A DNA stretch of 64,000 bases from an uncultured Acidobacteriota bacterium (GTDB lineage: Bacteria; Acidobacteriota; Terriglobia; UBA7540), in contig CAWDSK010000006.1 in the NCBI GenBank assembly GCA_963804995.1, positions 1,792,001 through 1,856,000 of the forward strand, written 5' to 3'. The position numbers were made by a program, and so were the translations under genes. Numbering within the stretch: the first letter of the stretch is position 1; every line of letters begins with the position of its first letter. This document shows, one piece after another, positions 29,572-40,057 of the stretch. Below the pieces are notes generated by a model that saw only the letters and a list, made by a program, of their open reading frames with translations, searched no databases and was not told the DNA's origin.

Positions 29572-31428
29572 TTACTTCCCGAGCGTCGGAGCAGAACCCG
29601 GCAGCGTGTAACGCAGGTTGAAGAACACCATGTTGTTCGTGGCATTCGGGGGCTGGCCGGTGTGAAAATTCACATACCAGGGATCGCGCAGAAGGTACGA
29701 GTACTGGCCCATGAAATTGATGGCGCCCCACTTGGCATCCTTCCAGATCGTCTGGTTGAAGCCAAAAGTGGCCTCCTGGATGTCGCGGTTCTGCCCGCTC
29801 GAGGCGCCTGAGTAGCCATAGCCCAGAGTCGGCACTTTTTTGCCCATGTCGATGGCAGTGTTGCGCATGATGTAAATGCCGCCATAATACGCGTAGATCA
29901 TCACTTTCTTCTGGGTGTACTCAAAGCCGCTCACCGTTGAGCCGCTGTGAATGGGAGAAAGGGAGCCGTCGGCGTGCGCGATCACGTCTGGGGCCTGACC
30001 AAAGATGTAGCGGCCACCGCCGTCACTCCAGAAGTTGTTCGTCAAGATGCGGAATCCCTTAAACGGTTCCACATGCAGATTCACGAAACCGCCCCCGCCC
30101 TGCAATGAAAAGGTGCCGGGAGCGACGGCAGGGGTTGAACTAGTGGCAACGGCGCCGGGATTGTAGACTTTGAAGTTCCGCTCCACTCCCCCGATTTCAA
30201 AGTGAACCTGTTTGTAAGGATCAAATGCCAGTTTCGCAATGACATCAGGAGCAACGTTGGGAGTAGCTATGCCACCCGAGCTTGCGCCAAAGTCCAATTC
30301 AGCCGCATAGGGTGTAGCGAGACCTGCGGGAAGGGTGATGGAGCCGCCGCCTGATGAACCGCCACCATACTGATCAGGACTGTCGAGTGCCACCGCGAAG
30401 GCCACTGTCTTGGTGGGGTGGTAAACCACCCGCAATTCCGGGATGCGTCCCCAAAACAAGCCCGCCTGGTAATTCACGTCTATATCTTGCGAGTAAAAGA
30501 GATCACCGGGAAGAGGCGAAATACCTTTGCGGCCCGGGGTGAGCAAACTCCACGTCTGGCCGCCGAGGACTTCCCACGAACCTCTTCGCACGTCGACCCA
30601 GTACAACCGCGACCGGAGAAGGTTGCTGTTACTCGTCACCGCAATGTTTTGGCTGGCAGGGGTGCCCAGAAAGTCGGCTTCCATGTAACCGATTACGTGC
30701 GCGCCTTTCACGTCCGCGTCGGCGCGGAAGCCAATCCGGGAGTTCTGCATGCTCAGACGGAACTCGCTCAGATTGGTCTGATAGGGAAGGATGCCACCCG
30801 TCGCCACGGCGGCATAGGGAATGCTTCCGAAGCTGGTCCCGATGTTCCCACCCGCTGTCTTGGTACGAAATACGCTGGTGAAATCCATAAACCCAACCGG
30901 CATCAAAGTCGCACTGCCAATGTGGAACTGCAGGGGTGATGTTTCATCCCCCGCCGGCGCTGCGGATTTCGGTGTCGGCGAAACTCCCCCCGCCGAGGGA
31001 ATCAAGGTGGAAGAAATCAGATTCCCACCGATACCGGCAGTGGATTTCTCTGCGGTGTGCGGAATGATCGGGGTGGTTGAGGCCACCTGGCCAAGGTTCG
31101 GTGACTGGGGCTGCAGGGGTTGTGGCTGCACCGCTTGCTGCGTTGGTGCAGCGGGTTGCGACAACTTTTCGAGCAGTTGCTTCTGAGCCGCTAGGGCCTT
31201 TTGCATTTGCTCGATCTGCTGCTGTTGCAGGGCCATCTGTTGCTTGAGAAGAGTGATTTCATCATTCGTGTCTGTTTTGGTTTTGGCGGCCGTCTCCGCC
31301 GGAGGTGTTGCCTTCTTCTCCGTCGAGGACGGGTTATCACTGCCAAAGTTCGACATGGGGGACAACCACACGAGTAGCGCCACCATACCCACAAACAAAC
31401 CTGTAACCAGCCTGCGTTTCTGCATCAT
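29572..31428 (-). CDS. Outer membrane porin-like protein with N-terminal coiled coil
   Basis: Signal peptide, Q-rich coiled coil, beta-barrel-like segments (QNSRIGF, EADFLG, FNLRYTLP); AAGGAG SD. Confidence 0.75.
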   Translation of the reverse strand: MMQKRRLVTGLFVGMVALLVWLSPMSNFGSDNPSSTEKKATPPAETAAKTKTDTNDEITLLKQQMALQQQQIEQMQKALAAQKQLLEKLSQPAAPTQQAVQPQPLQPQSPNLGQVASTTPIIPHTAEKSTAGIGGNLISSTLIPSAGGVSPTPKSAAPAGDETSPLQFHIGSATLMPVGFMDFTSVFRTKTAGGNIGTSFGSIPYAAVATGGILPYQTNLSEFRLSMQNSRIGFRADADVKGAHVIGYMEADFLGTPASQNIAVTSNSNLLRSRLYWVDVRRGSWEVLGGQTWSLLTPGRKGISPLPGDLFYSQDIDVNYQAGLFWGRIPELRVVYHPTKTVAFAVALDSPDQYGGGSSGGGSITLPAGLATPYAAELDFGASSGGIATPNVAPDVIAKLAFDPYKQVHFEIGGVERNFKVYNPGAVATSSTPAVAPGTFSLQGGGGFVNLHVEPFKGFRILTNNFWSDGGGRYIFGQAPDVIAHADGSLSPIHSGSTVSGFEYTQKKVMIYAYYGGIYIMRNTAIDMGKKVPTLGYGYSGASSGQNRDIQEATFGFNQTIWKDAKWGAINFMGQYSYLLRDPWYVNFHTGQPPNATNNMVFFNLRYTLPGSAPTLGK

Positions 31429-31558
31429 TCGCTCCTTAACTTGTTGTGCTGTGAGACTGCCCAAGGTTTCTTGAAATACCTTGGAACAACTACGACCATA
31501 TTGTTCTGACAGTCGGAGTCATGGTGACGGAGCACGATTACCAAATTGTGTTACGAAT

Positions 31559-31575
31559 GTGACAGGAAGGTTACA
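31559..31575 (-). promoter_or_regulatory. Pho-box-like site upstream of the porin gene
   Basis: Minus strand TGTAACCTTCCTGTCAC (11-bp period). Confidence 0.45.
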
Positions 31576-31813
31576 TTGTTCGGCTTGACTGGTTATCCTG
31601 CGACAGAATGGCTTGTGCCGGGGGCTTATTACCACAAAGTTAATTCAGCCCACATCATTCGCGACCAGTGGCCCGCCTCCCGGAAAGTCCACGAACTTAC
31701 CCGAGGGCGCCAAGCCGGTGGGCAGCCATTTCTGATGCTCGCGGAACAAGCGTAGGCTTCCGTGCTCTTTCGTAGACCGCAAGCGGGCTAGAGCTTCAGG
31801 AATTGGTTCCCCA

Positions 31814-32851
31814 TTAACGTGCCGCGGGATGCGCTGCCACTCTCGGTGTCGTCGCCGCTTCGCGAAACGAAAACTTCTTGTCGACCCCCTCAAACGGCTT
31901 GCCGTCGACTTCCACATAGGGGTAAATGAAGTAGTTCAGGGGCTCACCGGCCTGCCTGGGCTGGAGCACCAAGTCGCGGCCCACCGAAAATTGCACGCGG
32001 TTGGCGTCCAGCGTCCCGAAAAAGTAGTCATGCTTGTGGGGATCTTTCCAGGCTTCAGAAATATCCACCGGCACCCAGCCCGGGCCATTCACAAAGAACT
32101 CCGCCCAGCAGTGATAGCCGGGAATGTTGCCCTCGGAGCCTGTGGGCAGCGGGAAGCCGATTTCAAATCGCGCAGGAATCCCCTCGGCTCGCGCCATGGA
32201 AATGAACAAAGAGTGGAAATCCGTGCAGTTGCCGTGCTTGGCATCGCACACCCAAAGCGAATCGCCGCGTCCCCAGCCGTTTCCGGATTTGTCGTATCGC
32301 ACCGTTTGAAATACGTAATCATAAAGCGCATGCGCCCGCTCGATGGCGTCTTGCTTGCCGCGGGTGTTTTCGTCCGCCAGCTCTTTCATCCTTCCATCAA
32401 TCGGGACCAAGCGGTCGGGGGCGAGGAACCTCGCCAGATTTCTTGGCCCTCCGGTGGTTTCCTGACCAGCCTTGGCCAGAGTCGTATAATCGCCCTTCGA
32501 ATACTCCATTCGAGTCACCTGGTACTCCACCGTGAAATCCGCATTGCCTGGCTGCGGGTGCAGGATTTCGCCGTAGAACATGTGATTTCCGAAGGCCGCC
32601 TCGCGGGTCTCGCGAAGAGGCACTGGTCCCTTGACGCCCTTCAATACGACCGTTTGATTGGGGTCCGAAACGGCGCGTGGAATCCAGATGCGGACGCGAT
32701 TGGCGTCGGTGGGAATCGCCTTGAGTGTGACCTGATACGTGAACGTGAAAGTCCGTGAGGGGGGCGAGAATTCTTCCGGCGTGCGCGCCACCACCGGCAG
32801 CCCCAGCAGGACCGATAAACTTAAGCACAAAAGCACACGGTTCGGCTTCAT
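31814..32851 (-). CDS. Transglutaminase-like domain protein
   Basis: GNCTDFHSLF, HCWAEF, WVPVD (Cys-His-Asp triad). Confidence 0.9.
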   Translation of the reverse strand: MKPNRVLLCLSLSVLLGLPVVARTPEEFSPPSRTFTFTYQVTLKAIPTDANRVRIWIPRAVSDPNQTVVLKGVKGPVPLRETREAAFGNHMFYGEILHPQPGNADFTVEYQVTRMEYSKGDYTTLAKAGQETTGGPRNLARFLAPDRLVPIDGRMKELADENTRGKQDAIERAHALYDYVFQTVRYDKSGNGWGRGDSLWVCDAKHGNCTDFHSLFISMARAEGIPARFEIGFPLPTGSEGNIPGYHCWAEFFVNGPGWVPVDISEAWKDPHKHDYFFGTLDANRVQFSVGRDLVLQPRQAGEPLNYFIYPYVEVDGKPFEGVDKKFSFREAATTPRVAAHPAAR

Positions 32852-33100
32852 AAAATCCTCCGACTTGGAAATGATCTGTGGAAGTGGAAACAATCGACCC
32901 GCGATCGGAGACGTCACATTCAGGTGAAGCCACTGCGGAAGGCGGTAAGTGCAAAGTCAGGTTTGTACATTCTTCGGCCCTGCGTTGTAAAGATGCCTCT
33001 CTATTTTTCCGTTAATTCCTCCCCAGTGTCAAGTCTGAGACATGGCCGGGGTGCGCGACATAAATGTAACGCTCTGGGCTGGCTCTTTTTTTGTCGCTTA

Positions 33101-33129
33101 TATCCTAACGTATATGATACGTTAGGATA
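33101..33129. promoter_or_regulatory. 13-bp perfect inverted repeat (candidate operator) upstream of IS orfA
   Basis: TATCCTAACGTAT-ATG-ATACGTTAGGATA, overlapping TATGAT, just before the GAGGAGG SD. Confidence 0.55.
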
Positions 33130-33143
33130 GAGGAGGCCTTAAC

Positions 33144-33548
33144 ATGCCCCAATCCCTTGACGTCCTGGAGAACCAACGGGCGGAGTTGATCCGCCAGATC
33201 GCCCAACTGGGTGACCTCCGCAGTGGTTCGATCACCAGCATTACCGCCCGCTGCGGCAAGTCCAACTGTCACTGTCATCAGCCCCATCATCCCGGCCACG
33301 GCCCTAACTTCCGGCTCACTTACAAGGTGCAGGGCCGGACCGTCAGCGAAACCTTCCCCAGCCCTGCCGCCCGGCACCAGGCGGAACGACAGATTGCCGA
33401 GTTCCGCAGGTTTCAACAACTGCGCCGGGCCTTCGTGGAGGTGAACGAAAAAATCTGCCGTCAGCGCCCCCTCCCCCAGGAGGCCGAAGCGGCGGAGCAG
33501 GAAAAAAAACGGCGGAAGCCATTCAGCGGGAAGTGGCGCGAGAAGTAG
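33144..33548 (+). CDS. IS orfA (DUF6788-like, CGKxxCxC...HGP)
   Basis: GDLRSGS, CGKSNCHC, HGP; ends just after an A8 run. Confidence 0.8.
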   Translation: MPQSLDVLENQRAELIRQIAQLGDLRSGSITSITARCGKSNCHCHQPHHPGHGPNFRLTYKVQGRTVSETFPSPAARHQAERQIAEFRRFQQLRRAFVEVNEKICRQRPLPQEAEAAEQEKKRRKPFSGKWREK

Positions 33549-34861
33549 AGTCCCTGCTGGCGGTGATCTTTGCTGGGCGGCGCAAGTCCGGGACGCTGGA
33601 TTTGGAAGCCGTCGAGATGGCCACACGCGCGGCCTTGCACCGGGCGGGGGCGGCGGTGCTGGAGGAGTTGCTGGCCGCCCCGGACGAGTGCCCTCGCCAA
33701 GTTCCCTGCGGCTGTGGTCGGGGGGCCCCCTACCGCGGCAGGCGTCGGAAGCAACTGCTGACCGTGCTGGGGCGGGTTGAGACCGAGCGTCCCTATTACG
33801 TTTGTCCGGCCTGTCACCGGGGACAGAGTCCCCGCGATCAGGAACTGGATGTGGAGGGCACGGAATATTCTCCTGGGGTGCGACGGATGATGGCGGTGGT
33901 GGGCAGCGAAACCTCCTTTGCGCTCGGTCGAGAACAACTGCAACTGCTGGCCGGGTTGGAGGTGACCACCAAGGCCGTGGAACGGCAGGCAGAGGCTCTG
34001 GGCGCCGAGATTGCCGCCCAGGAACAAGCCTCGATCCAGCAAGGCCTGCAACGGAACTTGCCGCAGGTGAGGGGACCGGAAATTCCGGTACTCTATGTGG
34101 AGATGGATGGGACGGGAGTACCGGTGGTGAGTTCGGAAACCGAGGGTCGAGCGGGGAAACAGAGCGAGCAAGCGCGCCCGCGGGAAGTGAAATTAGGTTG
34201 TGTCTTCGCCCAGACGACACGGGATGCCCGGGGCCGACCGGCGCGCGAAGAAGGCTCCACCACCTACACGGGAGGCATCGAAACGGCCGAGGTTTTTGGG
34301 CGGCGCATCTACCTCGAAGCATATCGTCGGGGCTGGAACCGGGCCCAAAAGAAAGTGGTGATCGGCGATGGTGCTCCTTGGATTTGGAACCTCACCGCCG
34401 AGCACTTTCCGGGAGCCATTCAGATTGTGGATCTTTATCATGCCCGACAGCACTTATGGGAGCTGTCGGGCCAGCTCTGGCCCACCGACGAGCGCCACCG
34501 CCGAAGGTGGACCAGAAAACGGGAGGAGAAGTTGGAGAGCGGGCGGATCGAATCCCTAGTGCGCGATTTGCGCTCGCTGTTCCCAGCCACGCCCGAAGCC
34601 GCCGAACTCTTGCGCCACGCGGCAGATTATTTTACCGTCAACGCCCAACGGATGCGCTATCCGACCTTTCGGCGTCAGCATCTGTTCGTAGGTTCCGGGG
34701 TCGTCGAAGCCGGCTGCAAAACCCTCATCGGCACTCGGCTGAAGCGCTCCGGTATGTTCTGGAGGGTCCGCGGGGCCAATGCCATCATCGCCCTTCGCTG
34801 CCATCGCTTGAGCGGCAAATTCGAGGATTACTGGGAGAACCGTCGCCCCCGCGCGGCCTGA
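33533..34861 (+). CDS. ISKra4 family transposase
   Basis: CGCG, YYVCPAC, EMDGTGVP, IGDGAPWIW, DLYHARQHL, GSGVVEAGCK. Confidence 0.92.
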   Translation: MAREVESLLAVIFAGRRKSGTLDLEAVEMATRAALHRAGAAVLEELLAAPDECPRQVPCGCGRGAPYRGRRRKQLLTVLGRVETERPYYVCPACHRGQSPRDQELDVEGTEYSPGVRRMMAVVGSETSFALGREQLQLLAGLEVTTKAVERQAEALGAEIAAQEQASIQQGLQRNLPQVRGPEIPVLYVEMDGTGVPVVSSETEGRAGKQSEQARPREVKLGCVFAQTTRDARGRPAREEGSTTYTGGIETAEVFGRRIYLEAYRRGWNRAQKKVVIGDGAPWIWNLTAEHFPGAIQIVDLYHARQHLWELSGQLWPTDERHRRRWTRKREEKLESGRIESLVRDLRSLFPATPEAAELLRHAADYFTVNAQRMRYPTFRRQHLFVGSGVVEAGCKTLIGTRLKRSGMFWRVRGANAIIALRCHRLSGKFEDYWENRRPRAA

Positions 34862-35124
34862 CCCACACAGATTTGTCGCACACCCACATGGCCGGCCGCG
34901 GGTCTGGTTGCTGTCGAGGTGCCCAGCCCAATCCTGATGCACCCAGGCGCAACTCACGCGGGCAGACCGGCAAAGGTTTTGCTGAAAATGTTATACTGAC
35001 TTTTCAGGGTTGAATTCCGCGACGGTGATTTGAGGGGCGGCAGTGCGGGTACGATCGCATAGATCGTCGCTTCTCGGGCGGGAAGTTGAATCCTGAATAT
35101 CCCTATCTTAAGGAGCAAATCACG

Positions 35125-35550
35125 ATGGCAGCACGAACTTCGGAAGCCGAATGGAAGGGCAATCCTCGTGAAGGCAAGGGGACGATGAAACTCGGAAGCG
35201 GCGCTTACGAGGGTCCGTATTCCTTTGCCTCAAGATTCGAGAGCGGCACAGGCACCAACCCCGAGGAACTAATTGCCGCGGCGCACGCCGGCTGTTTTTC
35301 GATGGCACTCTCAGCGGGATTGGGCCGCGGAGGCTTTACCCCCACGCGCATCCACACCACGGCCACGGTGCATCTGGAGAAAGTGGGCGAGGGGTTTGGC
35401 ATCACCCGGATTGAACTCAACACCGAGGCCCAGATTCCCGGCATCAACGCGCCCACCTTCGAGAAATACGCCGATGACGCCAAGAAAGGCTGCCCGGTGT
35501 CCAAAGTGCTGGCCGGAGCTCAGATTAGCCTAACGGCCAAGCTTGTTTAG
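35125..35550 (+). CDS. osmC: OsmC family peroxiredoxin
   Basis: GTNPEELIAAAHAGCFSMAL, AKKGCPVSK. Confidence 0.95.
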   Translation: MAARTSEAEWKGNPREGKGTMKLGSGAYEGPYSFASRFESGTGTNPEELIAAAHAGCFSMALSAGLGRGGFTPTRIHTTATVHLEKVGEGFGITRIELNTEAQIPGINAPTFEKYADDAKKGCPVSKVLAGAQISLTAKLV

Positions 35551-35649
35551 CCCGGATTTCTCACGACGGGTGGGGAAGGGCGGGGTTTCAACCCTGCCCT
35601 TCCAGCAGCCCGAAGAAATCGGTTTAGCCTGGTGAGAAAATCAGACTAG
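35547..35649. mobile_element. Short MITE related to type D, with hairpin cargo
   Basis: TTAGCCCGGATTTCTCAC ... GTGAGAAAATCAGACTAG enclosing GGAAGGGCGGGGTTTCAACCCTGCCCTTCC. Confidence 0.6.
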
Positions 35650-35667
35650 AATGGCGCAGGGAACAAA

Positions 35668-36588
35668 GTGCATTCTCACCATCACCATCCAAAGGCGACG
35701 GGCTGGGTCATAAAAATTGCGCTGGTGGCGACGCTCGCCCTGGTGGCCACTGAATTCATCGCCGGCACGCTCGCGCATAGTCTGGCGCTGGTGAGTGACG
35801 GCTGGCACAACCTGACCAACGTCCCCACTCTTATTCTTTCCTGGATTGCTCTGTACGTTGAGCACAAGCCTCCCGACCACAACAAGACTTACGGTTATCA
35901 GCGAGCGGGCGTCCTGGCGGCTTTCGTGAACGCTTTGATCCTGGTGGGCGTCGCGCTGTTTCTCTGTTACGAGGGCTACGAGCGCATTGTGCGGCCTGAG
36001 CCTGTGACCTCCAGCACGATGCTGATCGTGGGCGTTATTGCTCTGATTGTACACGGCACGATTTCCTGGGGCCTGGCGAGTGGACGCGATGATCTGAACC
36101 TGCGCGCGGTCTTCATCCATAACCTCGGCGATGCGCTTTCCAACGTAGCCATCATCGGGGGGGCCTGGCTGATCCACGCCACGGGGAAGACCCTCATTGA
36201 CCCGGCCATCGGGTTTCTGATTTCAGGAATGATCTTGTGGACGGCGGTGGGAATCATCACCGACGCCGCCAACATCCTGTTGGAAAGCCTGCCCAAGGGC
36301 ATGAGCCTCGCGAGGGTGGCGGCCGCCATGCTCCGTGTCGAAGGGGTCAAGGGAGTTCACGACGTGCACATCTGGAGCCTGGGTTCGAATTCCCACGCCC
36401 TTTCCTGCCACGTGCACATTCTCAACATGCCGACTTCGGAGAGCGAGCAGATTTGCCACCAGCTTCGTGAGGTGCTGGCCCGCGAGTTTGGGATCCATCA
36501 CACTACGATACAATTTGAGCACACCCACCCGCCCGGCGAATTCCACATGTACATGCCGGACCCGGCGCCTTCCAGCAAAGGGAAATAG
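35668..36588 (+). CDS. Cation diffusion facilitator (CzcD/ZitB-like)
   Basis: His-rich N-terminus, SLALVSDGWHN, TYGYQR, HNLGD, VHDVHIW, HTTIQFE. Confidence 0.92.
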   Translation: MHSHHHHPKATGWVIKIALVATLALVATEFIAGTLAHSLALVSDGWHNLTNVPTLILSWIALYVEHKPPDHNKTYGYQRAGVLAAFVNALILVGVALFLCYEGYERIVRPEPVTSSTMLIVGVIALIVHGTISWGLASGRDDLNLRAVFIHNLGDALSNVAIIGGAWLIHATGKTLIDPAIGFLISGMILWTAVGIITDAANILLESLPKGMSLARVAAAMLRVEGVKGVHDVHIWSLGSNSHALSCHVHILNMPTSESEQICHQLREVLAREFGIHHTTIQFEHTHPPGEFHMYMPDPAPSSKGK

Positions 36589-36621
36589 AAACAGCCAATT
36601 GAAACGAGGTAGGCCGAGGTT

Positions 36622-37902
36622 TCAGGATTTCGGCGTGATGCGCTCCAGGCCGTCGAGGTAAGGGCGCAGGGCTTTGGGGATGATGACGGAGCCGTCGGCC
36701 TGCTGGTAGTTTTCGATGAGGGCAAGCCAGGTGCGGCCCACGGCCAGACCGCTGCCGTTGAGCGTGTGCAGAAATGCCGTCTTGCCGGCCTTGCCGCGGC
36801 GAAAGCGCAGGTTGGCCCGGCGAGCCTGAAAAGCCTCGAAGTTCGAGCAGGAGGAAATCTCTTTGTACTCGCGCGCCGCGGGCAACCAGACCTCCAGGTC
36901 GTAAGTCTTGGCGGAGCTGAATCCCAAATCGCCCGTACACAGCGTGATGACGCGGTAGGGCAGCTCCAGCCGCTGAAGAATTTCCTCCGCATCGTGCGTA
37001 AGGCGCTCGAGTTCATCGTAGGAATTTTCCGGTAGCGTGAACTTTACGAGCTCCACCTTCTGGAACTGGTGCTGACGGATAATACCGCGCGTGTCCTTGC
37101 CGTAGGAGCCCGCCTCGCTGCGGAAGCAGGCCGTCCAGGCGCAATGTTTGACCGGCAGATTCTCAGCCTCCAGCACCTCATCCCGGTAGAGATTGGTCAC
37201 CGGAACTTCCGCCGTCGGGATCAGCCAATAATCCGTGCCCTCCAGCTTGAAAAGGTCTTCTTTGAATTTCGGCAACTGGCCCGTACCAAAAAGGCTGGCG
37301 GAGTTCACCACAAAGGGCGGCAGGATCTCGGTGTAACCATGTTCCCGCGTATGCACATCGAGCATGAAGTTGGCAAGCGCCCGCTCCAGTTTCGCGCCGA
37401 CTCCGACATACACCGCGAAGCGCGCCCCGGCAATTTTGGTGGCGCGTTCGAAATCCAGAATGCCCAGGGCCGGGCCCAGGTCCCAATGCGCCTGGGGCTC
37501 GAAATCAAACTGGCGCGGCTCACCCCAACGGCGCACTTCCTGATTGTCCTCGGCGCCCTGCCCCACCGGTACACTCGAGTCCGGCACATTGGGCACGATG
37601 CGCAGCACCTCGCGCAAGCGCTCATCGCAGGCCTTGGCCTGCTCGTCCAGTTGCTGGATCTCTTCGGACAGTGGCTTCATTTCCGCAATCAAATGTGAGG
37701 CGTCCTGCTTCTGTTTTTTGAGTGAGGCGATCTCGTCGGAAACCTTGTTGCGCCGCGCCTTGCGGCCTTCAACTTCCAGGAGCAGCCTGCGCCGTTCGCG
37801 GTCCAGCGTTTCAAAATCGCCCAGCACCTTGGCGAGGCCGCGTTCGCGCATCTTCTGCTTCACCAATTCCAAGTTGTCGCGTACAAAACCAAGGTCCAAC
37901 AT
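36622..37902 (-). CDS. serS: Serine--tRNA ligase
   Basis: [43 protein letters not shown]. Confidence 0.98.
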   Translation of the reverse strand: MLDLGFVRDNLELVKQKMRERGLAKVLGDFETLDRERRRLLLEVEGRKARRNKVSDEIASLKKQKQDASHLIAEMKPLSEEIQQLDEQAKACDERLREVLRIVPNVPDSSVPVGQGAEDNQEVRRWGEPRQFDFEPQAHWDLGPALGILDFERATKIAGARFAVYVGVGAKLERALANFMLDVHTREHGYTEILPPFVVNSASLFGTGQLPKFKEDLFKLEGTDYWLIPTAEVPVTNLYRDEVLEAENLPVKHCAWTACFRSEAGSYGKDTRGIIRQHQFQKVELVKFTLPENSYDELERLTHDAEEILQRLELPYRVITLCTGDLGFSSAKTYDLEVWLPAAREYKEISSCSNFEAFQARRANLRFRRGKAGKTAFLHTLNGSGLAVGRTWLALIENYQQADGSVIIPKALRPYLDGLERITPKS

Positions 37903-38399
37903 GGGAACCATCCACCCCTTCGCGCGAAGCCATCAGGAAAATCATCCGGCGATGCCAGGCACAGCCAATCTAAACCACCCGCCCACACCTGTCAAACTTC
38001 CAGACCTCGCGGACCCCGAGGGGCTCGCCAGAACCGCGAAAGTGCTGCCTAAACCCTTCACAGGATCAACTATAATTAGAGGCTAGAACAAGAAAAGGCT
38101 GATTTAATGCGGGGGTACGAGGGGCGAGGGGCTACGCAAAGCGCACACTTTAAATGCTTCAATTTTGTGCAAAACTATTTCTTGGAATTAGTGTTTTTGG
38201 CAAGAGTATTTTTGTCATAAAGAGTACGGATATATCGCCATCAGTGCTTGTAACCCATTGAAAACACAGGGCGATTCATGCCAACCCTGAGCGGGACCCG
38301 CATGAATGGCGGGTGGCATCACCACATCGTTACGCCCAATCACGAATACTTTTTCCACAAGATTTTCCACAGCGACTTTTCCGTCGGATTGGAAAAGGC

Positions 38400-39674
38400 T
38401 TACCGCTTTTCCAAGGGTTCTCGCTGGGAGGATTTGAGCCTTTCACGCACCGACTCTGGGACCTTGGCGCGCACTCGAATTCGGCCCGCTTCATAATGCG
38501 TGGAGACCACAGTTCCTGATTGGTGCAAAAACGCCAATTGCTTTCCGTCACTCGCGGACAGTTCAAAATCCTCTTCCACGACTGGGTCTGCCCCCAAAGC
38601 TTCGTCAATCTGTTGCCGCAAATCCTCCAGACCCTCACCACTCTGGGCGGAAACGCAGACGTTGGAAGCGCCGGCTTCGAGCTTGCGTCGTTCCCCGGGT
38701 TCGAGCAGGTCAACCTTGTTCCAAACGTGCAGTCGCGGAGTAGAGGCCACGCCCAGGTCTTCCAGCAACGCCTCCACGGCAGCGTCTTGCGAATCATGCT
38801 GCGCATCCGAAGCGTCTGTGACGTGCAGCAGCAGGCTCGAATCCTCCAACTCCTCGAACGTGGCGCGGAAGGATGCGACGAGGTGATGCGGCAGCTTGCG
38901 AATGAAACCCACGGTGTCGGAAAGCAAGACGGGCCGGTGAGAGGCGAGCGGCAGCGCGCGGACGGTGGGGTCCAACGTGGCGAAGAGGCGCGCTGAGGTC
39001 TCCACTCCCGCCGAGGTCAAGGCATTAAACAAGGTGGACTTACCTGCGTTCGTATAGCCTACCAATGCCACAGTCTTGAAGTTCTGGTCACGCCGGTGGG
39101 CGCGATGCAAGGCCCGCTGCGAGCGGACGCGTTCGATGGAATCCGTGAGATGGCGGATGCGCCGCCGGATGCGACAACGGTCGACCTCAAGCTGTTGCTC
39201 ACCAGGACCGCGGGTGCCGATTCCGCCGCCCAGCCGCGAAAGCAGGGTTCCCCGCCCCGAAAGCCTGGGCAGCAGGTAATTCAATTGCGCCAGCTCCACC
39301 TGGAGCTGGCCTTCGCGGCTGCGGGCCCGGCGCGCGAAGATGTCGAGAATAATCTGGGTACGGTCGATGACCTTCAGCTCCAGAGATTTTTCGAGGTTGC
39401 GAAGCTGGGTGGGGGTCAGATCGTTGTCAAGGATGACCAGGTCGGCCGCCGTGGCGCGCGCCTGCGTGCGCACTTCGTGGACCTTGCCGCGCCCCAGCAG
39501 CGTGGCCGGGTCAGGCTCGGGCGTGCGTTGCAACAGCGTCCCCACCACCCGGGCCCCGGCGCTGAGGGCAAGTTCGCGCAGTTCCTGCAGGGAATCCTCT
39601 GCGTCGCCAATGCTGACGGGCATTCCCTCGCGCCGGGTAGATTCCCAGCCGGCCAGAAACGCTTTCTCCATCAC
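38400..39674 (-). CDS. hflX: GTPase HflX
   Basis: GGIGTRGPGE, GYTNAGKST, LFATLD, DTVGFI, NKVD. Confidence 0.97.
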   Translation of the reverse strand: MMEKAFLAGWESTRREGMPVSIGDAEDSLQELRELALSAGARVVGTLLQRTPEPDPATLLGRGKVHEVRTQARATAADLVILDNDLTPTQLRNLEKSLELKVIDRTQIILDIFARRARSREGQLQVELAQLNYLLPRLSGRGTLLSRLGGGIGTRGPGEQQLEVDRCRIRRRIRHLTDSIERVRSQRALHRAHRRDQNFKTVALVGYTNAGKSTLFNALTSAGVETSARLFATLDPTVRALPLASHRPVLLSDTVGFIRKLPHHLVASFRATFEELEDSSLLLHVTDASDAQHDSQDAAVEALLEDLGVASTPRLHVWNKVDLLEPGERRKLEAGASNVCVSAQSGEGLEDLRQQIDEALGADPVVEEDFELSASDGKQLAFLHQSGTVVSTHYEAGRIRVRAKVPESVRERLKSSQREPLEKR

Positions 39675-39693
39675 TCCGGAGCGTCGAATACTT

Positions 39694-39939
39694 TTATCCT
39701 TCCGCAGTCACCGCGAGGGGTGGCGCGCCAATCGAGCGCGGCAGCACCACCGTGGCAACCGCGTGCTTGAAGACCATCTGTTCCTGGTGGTTGCTTTCCA
39801 GAATCAGCGAGTACTTGTCAAAACTCCGGATGCGTCCTGTCAGTTTGACTCCACTCAACAGGTAAACCGTGACCAGAGTTTTTTCCTTGCGGGCGGAATT
39901 CAAAAAACCGTCCTGAATGTTTTGCGGTTGTTTATCCAT
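39694..39939 (-). CDS. hfq: RNA chaperone Hfq
   Basis: [23 protein letters not shown]. Confidence 0.96.
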   Translation of the reverse strand: MDKQPQNIQDGFLNSARKEKTLVTVYLLSGVKLTGRIRSFDKYSLILESNHQEQMVFKHAVATVVLPRSIGAPPLAVTAEG

Positions 39940-40057
39940 TTTTTCTCTTTTCTTGTCCGGCAGGGCGCTGGAAACTTCCGCGTGCGCGGGAAGCGGCGAT
40001 CCGGCCGCTACCTTTTTTCGAGCGCCCTCCCAGAAACAATCAAGGATTGCCCTGACG

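Larger units (their letters stand above)
33049..34885 (+). mobile_element. ISKra4-family insertion sequence
   Basis: TIR GGGTGCGCGACA / TGTCGCACACCC; 9-bp TSD ACATGGCCG (33040-33048, 34886-34894). Confidence 0.9.

Noticed and set aside
36381..36394. GGGTTCGAATTCCC resembles a tRNA T-arm
   Set aside because: Lies within the CDF coding sequence and no cloverleaf can be built; no tRNA or rRNA gene was recognised in the window
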